Part shown: positions 25,101-38,400 of the stretch, piece by piece
Position numbering within the stretch: the stretch's first letter is position 1
How the letters are laid out: every line of letters starts with the position of its first letter
Source of the DNA: Raillietiella orientalis
Taxonomy: Eukaryota
Direction of reading: 5' to 3'
DNA: 64,000 nucleotides
NCBI GenBank assembly: GCA_036172245.1
Contig: JAYWIR010000021.1
Location: forward strand, 2,046,001-2,110,000
Made by a program: the position numbers and the translations under genes
Notes under the pieces: model-generated
Seen by the model: only the letters and a program-made list of their open reading frames with translations
Databases searched by the model: none
Told to the model about the DNA's origin: nothing

Positions 25101-26729
25101 TCCTGGTTTCAAACAAGCAAACAGTTCCCGGAATCCATCGAAACTGAGCGTGTCCTTCATCCTGTCTGGAGAATCAGGACGACCCGTTTCCCTCTAAGCC
25201 CTGGGTATCTGCGAGCATCTATCTGATCAAAGAAAAGCTCAGGCGCGCCGGGACAAATGCCAAAATCACCTCCTGCCTCACAAACTCCATTTTTCATTAG
25301 AATCTCACCCTTTCCCTCCCGCTGATCTCATCTTCAGCGAGTGGATTTCATGCTGCTCCGGAAGAATTCGACTGCCTCTATTCTCTGCGAGCACCCTACA
25401 GCACAGCCAAGCCCACACTCGCGTGGATGGCGACGACCCTTCCAGCCCATTCTAGAAATGCAAATCACACGTTTGCCGCACCCGACGGAAGTCGAGGGAT
25501 TCCGCACATTCTACAGCTCGAGAAGACTTTCGAGCAATCCCAGTCGAAGCGTTTTCGGATGGACAGTTGGCGTGGAGGTGTCTGCTGCAGTCATCGGCGA
25601 TCGGGAAACAAGAAGTGGGCAAGGAAGATTGGCACCAAAGCTGAAGAAATAATTGAGGACTTGATGGGACTTGATCGCTGTACGGCCCACTTTTCAGAAG
25701 AATACTCCGAGAGTGAAAAGGAAAATTTGCGGTCAGCGTGTTGCAAGCCTTTGCATTCTTCGGCAAGATGATTGCATGCATTACCACGGACTTCTCATGC
25801 AGACAGTGGGAAGTTCTTCGACGTCCGAGACAACCATCTCGTGGGTTCCATGCTCGTGTGCACAGCAACGAATGTGCAATTTATGATCATTATAAATAAT
25901 TTCCTCTACATGCACTCCGAGGTTTATTTGAAAAAAAAACAAAAAATGTCAAAAAGAAAAAAAGAAAAAACCGAAACAGATGAATCGCTAATTTACAAAT
26001 GCGACCAAAGCTGCGCCAAGGGACCGTGTCCGCAACACTCAATACCAAGTGGCGATATTTTTAGCAAACTGCCATTCCTCAGCATCTCCTCTCGTCTTTT
26101 CTCAGCTGAAGCTCGTATATCTTGTAAGTAACAGCTGCATGCAACCCTGCGCTCAGCAGTGCCAAATGGATTTGTTCCGAACCTGGTGCAATTCATTTTT
26201 TCTTTTTTTTTTTCTTCTTTCACCTACTATTTGCCTATTGAGCGTCACTCCGTGTAAATTATCAACTTCCTCCCAGCAGCCTCCACTGGATAACGCTTGC
26301 CGAAGAAATTGTCTTCGGTGTGACCATTTCTCCTGCATGTATCTTCTTCCACAGCACCAACGTTCAATCGGAATGAGTTCGGATGGCCTTTTCGGGGATC
26401 GTCCTGTTTCATAGGAGAAAATAAAACTCCCGAAATGTGTTCGTGGTCCATAACTAGCCTTCTTCTAGATGAATGGAAAAAAAAAAAAAAAAAAAAAACA
26501 CTGTGGCTTTTAACCCTCCCACACACCACGAAAGAAACTAGCCTCTAACGCATTTCGAACACATCTTCAAGATCCTCGGACCACCGTTTCAGGAAAAAAA
26601 AAATTCGGACTTTCTGTTTGGCAGAGTGCACTCAACAGGCTCTCTTCCTCATTTTCAAGTTCTGTTTGGTTGCAGGCTTGCCTTGAAAGACCGTGTGGAT
26701 CCCAGAGTGTGATGGTGGTACGATAGAAT

Positions 26730-27200
26730 ATGGAAACCATCAGGGGAGGCATCACGGGACGAGTACCACATGGGTGAACGTGGAGAAATGAGGAATCGTG
26801 AAGAGAGCGTAGCGAAAGCCCTCCGGGCTCCACAGGCTCGGTCCCTATTGAGTGGAGAAGACGCTCGCTCGCTCCAGAGGCGCTCATATGAGCGCACAGC
26901 ATCCAAGAGCCACCGTCTTCGCCCCGGAAGAGGAAGCCGTGATCGCAGCGTTCCGTAGGCGCACTCTGCCACCGCTGGACGACGACAACCACCTCTACCC
27001 TCTGCGAAATCCACCCCCACGCTTGGCCCTTCCGAGTGCACCCCGTCGTTCACAAAGGCACAGAAAGAGTCAGCAGAGTGCCAGCAGCCGAAAGAGAAGC
27101 AGAGGCGAGAAAGAAGAAATGCCCTACGGGCTACTTCCAATGTGGGGACCGCAAGAGTCAGAACGGAAGAGTCAAAATTAGCCGTCGACGGAAACGTCCA
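26730..27200 (+). pseudogene. Degenerate IS481-family (bacterial-type) transposase, N-terminal half
   Basis: Across frames: GRHHGTSTT, RNREES, IEWRRRS, HPRATVFAPEEEAVIAAFRRRTLPPLDD..LYPL, SQRH, VSRVP...KKKCPTGYF. These are collinear with the alphaproteobacterial IS481 pattern as I recall it: LHGSATTT..SQES..KWKKR..PRSTVLS.EEEA.IVAFRRHTLLPLDDCLYAL..LQRHGISRLP..KKFK.YPIGYFH. Confidence 0.75.
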
Positions 27201-27369
27201 GGTCCACCCCCACGTTAAGCCGCAAAGGACCCCTACAAAACCCAAGGAAAGCTGGGCCTTCACGTAATTGGATTAGGAATTTCACCCTATAAAATCCACC
27301 CTATTTAGGCGGGGCGCGGTGTACAGGTACAGCGGGATCGGTTCAGCATCCCGAAATATCTTAGAAACA

Positions 27370-28470
27370 GATACATACGTGTATTATATGTATTTGCTGT
27401 TACTAATTTACATATAATATTTATTATTGATATACTAAATAATATCTTTATCACGCATATATTGATATACATATGACAAGTATATTATTTAGTATACTAA
27501 TACATATAATACACGCATGTATTTGTTTTTAAGATATTTCGAGATTATATATATATATATTTGTATATGTAGAGTAGCATGTATTCCAAAAATGAAAATA
27601 ACTGCTTGTTCTTTTTATCTATATTAATATAAGAAACACGAGTATTTATTTTAAATATTAACTTGTATATTAATATTCTATGTATGCATAAATTAATATA
27701 TAGGTTAATATACTTTATTAAAATAATGCATATGTGTTTATTATAGATGCACATATAATTAATAATATGTTTATTATGTATGATTATATATAGATAAATA
27801 ATTTTACAAAAGTCATGGAAAATAAATGTGTTTATTTACATATTAATACTATATTGATTAATATACAAATTCATTTTAACATACATATTTATTAATGCAA
27901 TTAACAACATTGTTCGTGTATGTTGCTGATGCATATCGTGACGATTATAAAAAATAAACACATAGTGATAAAGATAATTGTATATGATAAACAAATTTAT
28001 GCATGTTCACTTTTACGTACATTAATGCGTATACATAAATATCGAATTTTGAAAATAAAAAATAATGATGAAAACGAAAAATAGTGGGGAAAAACAGAAA
28101 CGAGCAAAAAAGAAATTTGGCATTCCATTTTCCTTCCACTTTCAACACTCTACAAACGAAACTCCCTCAGGGAATGGAGAATTCTATCCGCGGGATTCTG
28201 ACCGGCGAATGTGTATGCGCCCACGACTCCATATTTACATATGCACTCCACGTGTATTTATTGCATGCATGAATATGTGTGGATGCATGTAATAAAAAGT
28301 ATGCATATCCCTGTTCTTTATCATCTTTGATATATGTTAACACATATTGTCGATTACATCAATAAATCTGCATGATCATCTACACATGTATCTTAATATG
28401 AACAATAAGCACGTACATTTATTTCCATCACCTTCGTAGTGTACAATGTACTGACATGTGCAACAAGCAC
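27370..28470. repeat. Second AT-rich low-complexity island
   Basis: Abrupt AT-rich block rich in TATA, TGCA, TACA and TGTA words, grading into GC-rich sequence on the right. Confidence 0.75.
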
Positions 28471-29949
28471 ATGCATTTGTTTTCGAGCTCTTTCGGGGTT
28501 TCCGGGATTCGACGGGCGCCGACAATTTTCCGGCCTGGAGCCACGCAGGTCAGCGTTTCAGCACGCTTTGGATAGCTGGCGAAGAAAATTGAGCGTCGTT
28601 TGACAAAGGTCATCCACCTTTCGGCCGATGGCCGAGTGGAACTCTTGGGGAAAGCTCTGCATCAAGTCGAGAGGTCTTCGGCATCGGTCCCGTCAACCAC
28701 CCGGAGGATCACCTCTCTGGCTCTGCGGTGGCTCGCAAAGACCTCGCAGTGGTCTCGCGCCTTGCGAGTGCACATGTCATCGGTGGACGAATGTCAATCC
28801 GACAGCATATGTCGTTGGTGACTTCGACGGTGCCACCGTCTCCAGCAGCCACAGCCAGCCGTGGTGAGGAGCGCTGGGGCCCGCCGCTAGATCCGTGCGT
28901 TTTACCTACGTGGTCAGGAGTTCGATGTACCACGAAAGCAGCCACGCGGGCGGACGTATCTTTTACCACATTCGCGTACGAGCTGCGTTCGCTTTCGGAG
29001 CAATTCCGAGCTTGTGTTCCCACGGCCCTGTTCGTACACGCTTCGCGTTCTCACGGACACGCGTACACACTTTTCATGTCTTTGAGGAAAGTGGGCAAAC
29101 GAACTTGCTGAAGCCCCACGGACTGGGATGGCATTCTTTCCGGAGCATCCTTTGAAGAAAAAATGGATTCACTTATGAGTTCGCCTCCTCACACTTGATT
29201 GAACACTCGGGTGCACTGATGAGGGTTCACAAAAGTGCCTGGACCTCCTGTAAAAGACCCGGTCATTGCAGCGGATTGAGCGGGGTCGCCGTAGTGTTTT
29301 CCAAACAAAACACCAAGCAAGTTCACACGTAGCTGCTCGCTTCTGCTTTAGGGGTACTGCAGGAGCCGGACAAGTGTCGAAGTAGTAGCCAAAGACATGG
29401 ATAGGCTGAGCGCGTGTTTTGCTGGAGTGGTTGAGGCTTCGTCTGCTGAACAGTGCAGCCCACGACACGGCGGCCAAAAGACCAAATATGAATATCAAAT
29501 ATGACCAAATATCTTCAAAGCTTTCCGTTCGCCTTTTCCCACTCTGTACTCGGCACTCTCACTCGAACACCCCTAATTATGTATTATGGGACAAAGGCCC
29601 TGAATATGCTCGCCCAAATAGTTAGAGGAGTGTTGTTACGGCCTCTTGGAAGTATGGGTCAAGTGCTGGACCCGTAGGTACAATCACGAGCTCCACTGCA
29701 CCTCTATTTGTGCTCTTTCTCGCGGTATTCTTCTTGCATGAGAATATAATTCGGCAGAGATGGGCAGTAACCACAACTGTCCTCATCGGCATCGCTGTTG
29801 TTCCCGAAGGTCATGGTAGTGATTTTGACGCCAAAACCCCTCATTCTAACCATCGCCATTCTATGTTCTGCCATGTGGGATGTCATCAATGAAAAAAAAA
29901 AAAAGGAAAAAAAGACTTACTGAAAAAGGATCAGCAATAGGTATGTTCT

Positions 29950-31300
29950 TTCACACCGCTTTTATAGCAACCGTTTTTTGCAGCCCGCTTTTCCCGCCCT
30001 GCTGGCAAGTGCCTTCCTTGGTGGAGTTGATGTCATTGCTCATTCCTGGAACAGATGCGTACTTAACTCCTTTTTTTATATGGAAGGCTTTCGATCTTAC
30101 CGATGCTACCACTCTTGCACCGCGTAGGTGCTCTGAATTACTTGTCCCCATAAAAGCAAGGTACTTGGCATTTGACGAATTCCGTGCTACCGACACATTC
30201 GACACGCATCCCTTCAACTCCGTTTATAGTCTCCCCAGGGAACAAGGAAAATTCTTCACCCGAAGGCAAGCCAACTTGAAGATCATTATACAGCGCCCTC
30301 AGCATCCCCCTATTACTGTTCACCCGCAATAAAGCTGCTAACCCGGACCTTCGTAGTGCGTCTTTGCTTAACAGGACTTTGTCTTTTAGAGATTACGGAA
30401 GCTGCTGACGGCATTAAACTTGAGAATTCACGCAATCTGTTAAATTATATTATTTTTATTTTTTCCCTCCCTCACTCGCAAGCAGCGCACGTATTCTGCG
30501 GTTGCTTCAGCAGACTCTGCAGCACGTGTAAAGAACTTTCCCAGCCTTCCACCTCTCGGAAAACCTTTTGATCATATGGAAACGATCGTCAAAACCTACA
30601 TCTTTTAGAAGCTTCGATATCGGCTTCGGAAAAATAGATGAACAAGCTCTGTGCTACTATTCATAATAGTACGGATGTTGCAACTATTCTTAAGGAAGCC
30701 ATCTTATTTCGAGGTAACTGATTCACGCTGGGAGGCAAGCCGTACACTGTACAGTACTTGTTGAGAATCTTAGTGAAATTGGGGGTGCTTCTGGAGAAGA
30801 TTGTGTACTTAGGAAACGCAGTGGCTTGTGTACGCAGGAACTCATTCGGGGGTGCCCAGGACGGCAAAAATCAGGGATATGAAGTAAAACGCAGGTGGGC
30901 CTTTTAGGGAGTCAAAACCCTATTCCAAGTGGAATTCATCAATCGAAAACGAGGCCTGGGAATCATTCATGCTATTTTGATTAGACATCCTTGCTCTTCA
31001 ATAGATTGTGCAAATTTTGAAAAGATGGGTGAAAAGCGTCATCAAAACGCGAGAACGCCAAGTTGTCGAAAAGGTTTTATCCTTGCAGTGATGACTGATG
31101 GGAAGTTGAATGAGAGTAGCAAACGTAAAACATGGCGTATCAGATAGCACCAGCAAAATCGTCGACGGAGTATCCCTCAAAGCAATGCATTTCCACGTTG
31201 GCTTATTTGCAAATCGAATTGCCCGAATCTCTTGCTGGAACATTCTAGCGTCCTGCTCACTTTGCCACCTGATAGGCCGCTAGACAAAAATGGAGCTTTT
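29950..31300 (+). pseudogene. Degenerate non-LTR reverse transcriptase fragment
   Basis: YLAFDEFRATDTFDT (D...AFD region), EAADGIKLENSRNLLNY (pre-YADD region), NRKRGLGII (GGLG motif). Confidence 0.4.
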
Positions 31301-31674
31301 CGAGAACCTGGCCCCGAGTGCGGTGACGTGGGGCGTGGCCATATACAACTTGACTAAAACAGTCTAGAGCTGCAAAGGACGGCAGGCAGCGGCTGCCATG
31401 GTGCGAGGCTCTGGGATGAGATCAGAAACCAAAACGCTACACGATGGACCTCAATAGTGGTAACAGTTTCAAGTCCTTGACAATAAGGTACGGAAGACTG
31501 TACATCTGGAAGCTAACAAAATCACGAGTAGTGCTCCCGTATATAATAGCTCGCGAAAACACTCTATTGCTTGGCCTAAATTCCACCATAGAGAACGTTT
31601 TGTAATTAGTAGATAGGAATGGCAAGCCGTAAAGAGAAACAACAACTCTTACTGCTCGAGCGCCTCAGCGCCCA

Positions 31675-34147
31675 CTTTGGTAAACTTGGTAGCAGTAGTG
31701 TTATACTTGAAGAATAGGGAAGCTTGTAGGTCATTTTCATGGTAGAAACAACCACACTGATCGTGACAGCCGTTTGATGGAGATGGTGAAGGGCATGGTA
31801 ACGTATGCTGGGCAGATGGGGTGACAGAAGACTTCATCCACAGCAGTGACAAAAAAAATGGAAAACTTTTCATTGGTAGAAGTAACCGCTTAGAGCACGA
31901 ACAGCTATTGACATTTTGGTAAGGGTAGAGCCGGCCACCCAACCACGCCAAGTGGCTACAAGAAGAGTTTCATGTAGGCAACGAGGAAGATCGGAAGACT
32001 GGTGTCACACTTGAAACCATAAAAAGGTGCGATATGAACTGTACATATTATTATTACTTTAATAAAGCTGATGAATCATGGTGCAGCAGAAGGCCCCACG
32101 TAGCGATGGAAACGGTTGGGTGATTTCACGATTTCCTTTTCCAAGGGGGGTGAAAGACGCACTTGCACTACGAAGTTGTTGAACTTCAGGGAGTCAAAAC
32201 AAATAAGTCGTGCATAACTGTCAACAGACGTCCCAAAGACATCTGTTTCGAGGTTTCAAAGTTTCGAAGACGGGGGGGAGGGAGGGAGGGAGGGAGGGAA
32301 GAGGGAAAACATAACAGCAGAAATGGACGTCGGCTGCCGGTTGACCTCATCTTCCAGAACACGCAAGGAACGAGATCTCCGGCATCCAACGCCGGTCCTA
32401 AAAGAAAAAAACGGCCGAAGCCAAAGACCCCTTGTCCCCTTGTCCCCTTCCCCATATCCTTGTTTCTATTTTTTCTATGTGTATTTGTGGTCCCCTCCCT
32501 CCCGTTCCGGACTTTCGGATTTACCGAAAGTCTGCGTGTCGGGGAGCCCTCCCTCCGTTATTCTGTGTCCTTTGTCCGGGAACAGAGTTCCCGGATAGTT
32601 TAGAAATGAACGCCCCGGCGCACCCGGGTGGGAAACGGCAGAAATGGAGCGACAGCCGAAAAACGGGAGTTTGGAGAAACGATAATTCAGAGCTTCAGGG
32701 AAAGATAACGCGCTTGAACACCATATGACAGAGTGACACGGTTCAGCATGGGAAGCCCACCAGAAAAAATACTGCTGAAGAGTCATTCCATTTGGACTCT
32801 TAGCCTGCAGCATCGCTTGCGACTGCTCTCAGGATGACGAAAGTTGGACCAGAAGGAGCCTTCTGGATGCCAGCGTGTCTCTTAAACAGCGCCGATCTTG
32901 GGCGGGCGGAGGGGGAGAAGATTGATCGCGGCAGCAAAGTGATGCGTTTCGGTGGCTGCTGGAAACCACGTTCATGCGTGGCGCGTACTTGGAAACGGCG
33001 ATGCCATTGGAAACGCTGGCAGCTCTCTCTCTCTCTCTCTTTCCCGCAACGCTGCCTTCCCTGGAGGTCAAACAGCGTGGCGCCCAGGAAACGGTCACAG
33101 AGCGTCCGGGACACGCAGCCTCCTTCTGCAAGAAAGCGGCTCGGCCTCGGCTTCCACTCGGCGCGGAAGATCCCGGAGCGGGTGCAGATGAAAACGCCCC
33201 CTCCATCCCAGTGGGGAGCGCTTGTAAATCAGTTCATCTCGCTTCGCAGTGATCATAACCTGAGGAATTTATTTGTTTCGGGACGGGGTGGGGCGAATGC
33301 TGTCCGCGCTATGATGCGCCGGAAGTCCTCAACGACCGGAGGATCGCACAAGTGGAACGATCGCGAGAAACAGCATTTTTCTTGCAGTGTTTCTTTTATC
33401 CCCTCCCCCCGTCCCTACACCAAGGTGCGGTTCGTTCCGTTGGGACTCTCGCGCTTCCCAGCCCTGCTGCACGCCCCTACGACAGAAGGGGTTTTCCGAT
33501 TTGACAGCAGACGGCGGTAGGACGCGAACACGCGCTGCCCGCCAGCGTCTGCGCCCGGGCGATGGGCGGTTGGCGCCTGCAGGGGATGCTCTCGCTTATC
33601 TCCTCCAGCCTCACCTTCTCACTTTGAAACCCAAGGTGGACCCTCGAAGAGCGCGAGCTCGGGAGACACACCGAGACAACCAAGAAGCTGCGGGACCTCG
33701 AAACAACGGCTGCACACCAGGAACCTTTCCTTCCGGGAAGGGGAAGGGGAGGGGGGGAGAGAGAGAGTACGGAAGCGACCAAATGGAAGCGGAAGTCGGG
33801 CACGATTGCCAACTTAAGCGGCCCTCCCCCTCTGGAACCGGCGTTTGGGGAAAACCCATCTAGCGGCTAAAAATATTCTATTCCAGCTGTTTTGAAATCA
33901 CTGGCCGCCGAAGTTTACAGGCGTTTCTCATGGTGGCAAAGAAAATCTTCAATTACGGATGTCGTAAATCGTCTGAAAAGAAATTTTGGATATTTCATCC
34001 ACCCTCGTTTCCATCTTGGCGCTAGCTTTGGTAAGCTTAGTAGCAGTAGTGTCATACTTGAAGAATAGGGAAGCTTGTAGGTCATTTTCATGGTAGAAGC
34101 AACCACACTGATCGTGGCAGCCGTTTGATGGAGATGGTGAAGGGCAT
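31675..34147 (+). repeat. 122-bp direct repeat pair (31675-31796 and 34026-34147)
   Basis: Manual alignment is gap-free with 5 mismatches, all transitions. Confidence 0.9.
32310..32632 (+). mobile_element. Short 3' end of a Tx1/L1-like relative, copy D
   Basis: Pyrimidine-rich UTR ending AAATGAACGCCCCGGCGCACCCGGGTG, the same terminus as copies A and B. Confidence 0.65.
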
Positions 34148-34449
34148 AGGATGAATTCATTGATGATAATACCTTTATAAATGACATATGCACTGTCGCC
34201 GAGGAAAACGACTTCCTTATTATTAAAATCTTTTGATATTTAAATTGTGAAATGAATGAGACCGGCGGGGTGGTGCCTTTTTTTTTTTGTTTATCGACGT
34301 GTCGAACACGTGCAGCAGTGCAGCATAGATTTCACGTCATCGACACGTCTTTGTCGGCTCGCATTTTGTTCTTGCGCTGTTGAATCTGAAGATCCAATGA
34401 CGTTGGACGCGGGCTGTGATAGAGTGGGCTCCAACACCACGTGTTGCGT

Positions 34450-36607
34450 TCAATTAGTGGGTTATTTTTTTTCATCCACGGTTCCATTCAAGACACGGGG
34501 CCGCAATATCAGCAGACGGTTTCGTAAAGAGTGGCTCAGTAAAGTGCAGCTCGAAGATCGGATCTTGGAAATAGCGGGAAGTGCTGCGAAAGTCGAATGC
34601 AGATTTTGCAAGTGCGGGTTGGCTGCAAAACACCGCGGTGCACTTGCAAAAGGAAGAAGCATCGGCCGTCCAGCGCTGCGTTTCCCTCTTCACCGAACCT
34701 CTCCAGACGCTTTTGTTTTAGCGGGCCACCCGACGCCTCGACCGGGACGGTCTGGGCAGGGATGTTCCAAGGAACTGGAACGGTTCCCTGCTATAACCCA
34801 ATGGTAAGAGTGACCATCGCCCTCTTCATCACCGCCATTCCTGTGCGGCGGTGGAAGATGAAGACCACCCGTATCTCCGATGGACATCCCGAAAGGGCTT
34901 ATCCAGAAGGAGATCGGCGTCAGGAACTGTGAAAGAGTCCAGGCCTGGAACCACCGTCACATCCGGAGAAGGATTGAAGGCAGCATCTGGGCTCAGACGA
35001 CACACAGCTAAATAAATGCAGTGAACTTTCAGAGACCCAAAGAAATAGACTTCAGGCAAACTCTTGTGAAAGTGCAGTGAAGTTTTTATGTGTAACTTGT
35101 ATGAATGAAATTGTAGTGTGAATGTAAAAAGAAAATAAATTTACCCCACCCCTTTTGGGACTTGGGGAAAATTAAAATACCGAAATATACCAACGATGTT
35201 GGTGTAACTAAGATGCTGGGAATCGCTCCTGTACATCTCAGCAACCAGTCGGGAAGAGTACAATCTGCTTTGCTGAATCTGGCATTTGCTGGATTCCGCA
35301 CCTGTGGTGCTGAATCCATTGCTGCTTCTGTGAGGGAAACACTCGGCACTAAAGGATTAAGCACTCGAAATACGAGAGGGATCGGCGTCGATAGAATGCG
35401 ACCGTCACGACGGGCATAAACGATGGCGCGGAGTGAACGTCCAGAGATTACAGTGATCCGTTGCGTGTGTCACTCTCTCCAGCAGTCTGCCTCTGCAGCC
35501 TCAGATTGCCTTCCCACTAGTCTCGACTTTTCAGTGAGGGAAGTCTATAATTGGTTTTCTCATTCTACCTCACGGCAGAATGATTGCAAAGCTCCGTCTG
35601 CTGCCATGAATGATGGGCACAACCCCCTAGAAATACTGTGCAGAAGTCCCAGACTAGTTGGCTGTCGATTGAGACTGCAATAGGCAGAATTCTGGATCAG
35701 TGGGTAGAAACTCAGCGCTATGGCAAAAATTTGCGGGTGCAAAAGAGGGAAATTATACGGCATCCCTTTCGAACCATGTGCTTTCTGACGAGAAAAAAGC
35801 CACGCATTTCTCCTCTTCCTCCTCCAAGTATTGGCTGACGTGCAGTGGGTAAACAAATCATTTGAGGCACGTAATGCACCAAGCTCTTGGATGATCTGGG
35901 CTGGTTTAGGGTAGAACACGGCCAAGAAGTTTGTGCTTCCAACCTGCAGGAAGGACTTCCTAACAGAAAATCTTGATGACTATGTTCACTGGAGTTCCTA
36001 TCCTTCCTATCTATGAAGTTGAGGAGAAACTACATCAACTGAAGCTGCCAGCAGAAGAAACTGACTTCAGAAAAGGATGCATCATCTTCTTTATTAGGGT
36101 ACATAAAGGGCTTCAAACCAGACTGCCCTGATAATATAAAAGTGCTAAGATTAGTGCCAATAATTTCTGTGTCTCGTGCTCTTTGTGTGGTCAAAGATCC
36201 GTTGATAGCAGTGATGCAGCATCTCCAAATTCCATCCAGCAAGATAGCAAAATTCCAGTGGAAACAATTTAACAAATGCAAAGTGGGAACAATTGAGTTC
36301 TGGAATGAAGAAGCCAGTTATAAAGACACGTCTGATGCCAATCCATTTCAAGAGTTGCTTGGAGCAGTGACATCTCTCATTGCTTTCCCATGGTCAAGCA
36401 GAAATCAGCTTCAGCGTGAGGAACACCGTGAAGTCGAAACTATGAAACCGGAGTCATATATTAAAATTATTTTTCCCTCATCAAATACTAATTGCATGCT
36501 ATTGTTTTTTTTATTAATAAATTCCTAGGTATCAAAATAGGGTGATTTTTTTTTTGGAAAATCTCTGGTTTTCGAAGGTCATCCATTAACTTCTGCTGGC
36601 AACCCTG
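34450..36607 (+). mobile_element. hAT-superfamily DNA transposon remnant (frameshifted transposase)
   Basis: RRFRKEWL...KVECRFCKC (N-terminal zinc finger), GIGVD, VIRCVCHSLQ (CxxH motif), VREVYNWFSHSTSRQ, TSWLSIETAIGRILDQW (RW motif region), EFWNE...NPF.EL (C-terminal region). Candidate right TIR CTGGCAACCCTG at 36596-36607. Confidence 0.8.
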
Positions 36608-37549
36608 CAGACGGGCTGGAGTTCCAGCCACTTGTCGGAGAAGATGCAAGAAAGAACGAAAGGCGGAGGAGGAAGAAATGCAGGGAACGCGCGTCCAAGA
36701 ACCAACCGAAGGAGAAGGTTAAGACGAAACCCTCCATAAGACGGTCGACTTCTCCTCTTTCTCTTCCCCTGCTGTGCACCTTCTGGTGCTGATCTTCCCT
36801 CAGCTGTCACCTCTGCACACCCACGGGCGTGGTTGAAGGGGTCGCATCGTTCGGACTTTGTCTTCTTCCCGTGACCAGCGAAAACAGAAGGCATCCAAGC
36901 AGCTGGGAAGAAAAAACGATCCATAAAAATCCTTTTAATCGGATCAAGTAGAGAATCAGAGATGACCAATAATGGCACAAACAGTAGGGCTATCAACATA
37001 AAACAAACAAGGTGATATCTTTACCTTCAAGCCCTTCTTGGGATCACTACTTCTACCCAGATGGACCTGACAAAACACGAAGACGCTCAAAGCAGCAGCA
37101 GCAGTGATCGCATTTCTGCCGAGATGAAAGTCCACTGTCTACAAGGACTTCCGCTCTGGCAGGAACTTCTTTTGTTCTTCTTTTGTCGCTTCAGACCAGA
37201 ATAGCGCCAGCCCGAACGGGATTGGACCGGGCACTCGTGAGCCTCCGGCGCTTGTAGCGATGGTCACTGCCCCCTGCCCAAACAGAAGGCCGTGCGCCTT
37301 CACCCACGTTGCGCCCTAGCACGACAGTGGCGCGCCACTCCCCGTCCAGGGACACACCGGTCCGCCGGCAAAGATTCGCCCGAGCAAGGTGACTTGTCTC
37401 TCTTCACGGAGCCTGATGTCAGCACTGGCGTCGGCGGAGCAGGTCAAGAGGAACCATCCCTCTCCGAACGATTCCTTCAGAGTGCGAAGCATTCGGTTCG
37501 AAGGGAAGGATGGGAAGCGGAGTTAGCATCCCCACTTCACACCCTGACC

Positions 37550-38400
37550 AGCTGTGGGTCCTCCTGGTCAAATAGGAGCCCGGTCGGGTAGAGGTGAAAG
37601 CGTTCCGGTAGAGGTCGCTCGCTACTTTCGGGGAGCCGCCCACCTCCGGGCGCTGCGCGGGACAGGTGAGAATTCCGCCGAAAACGGCGCCAGAAGTGTC
37701 GGTGCGATCACAGGTGGCGCCTCCTGCCTCGTCCGGCCACCTCTGGGGGACAGGACTTGCTCGTGCACCCATAAGGGGAGTGGAACCTCTTACGTTGATG
37801 ACGCACCCTCACGATGCCCGTGGTCCATTGGAGCAGTGGTCCACCGGATGCAAATTTGCATGGAAACAGGTGAACGCAGTGAATCACCGATGCAGGTCCA
37901 CCTCCAGTCGCGCGCCAAGCGCCTTCCGGTGCAGAAGAGGCTGCAAGGAGAGCAACAGCTACGGAGACCTCCTTGGAACGTTCCCAGCGCGCCACACACG
38001 AAGAGGCGCCGCGCGCGGCTCTCCGGAGACAGCGGAATGCCGCCTGCCGCAGCCTTACGCAGGACACAGCGAGACGGGAACGCCGTTACCATGGCGAAGG
38101 AGGAAGAGACGGCTCAGACTGGTGGGTGGAGGGGCGCCGGCATCACGCACAGGATGCAGAGGAACCCCGGGGTCTCCCTGACTCCCCACCTCTCCCTCAG
38201 CCCCACATGGAAAGTTTTTCTTTTTTTACTTTTTCGTTTGCTGCCCTTTCTCTTCCCTCCCCGAGGCGGACCTCAGTCCTGTCATCCGCCGTTCTTCGGA
38301 CTGTTCCAGGAACGAATGACCTGTTCTGTATTTTTCTTGCATTTTTTGTATCTTTTTCCTTACGAGCTGCAATGAACACCCCTGCGTAACAGGGCAACAG
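37550..38400 (+). mobile_element. Degenerate non-LTR 3' fragment, possible copy E of the hairpin-terminated group
   Basis: WKQV...RAKRLPVQKRL C-terminal pattern, a T-rich UTR, and terminus AATGAACACCCCTGCGTAACAGGG. Confidence 0.45.

Noticed and set aside
27308..27356. tRNA-derived SINE head
   Set aside because: Only loose A- and B-box resemblance, wrong spacing and no cloverleaf.
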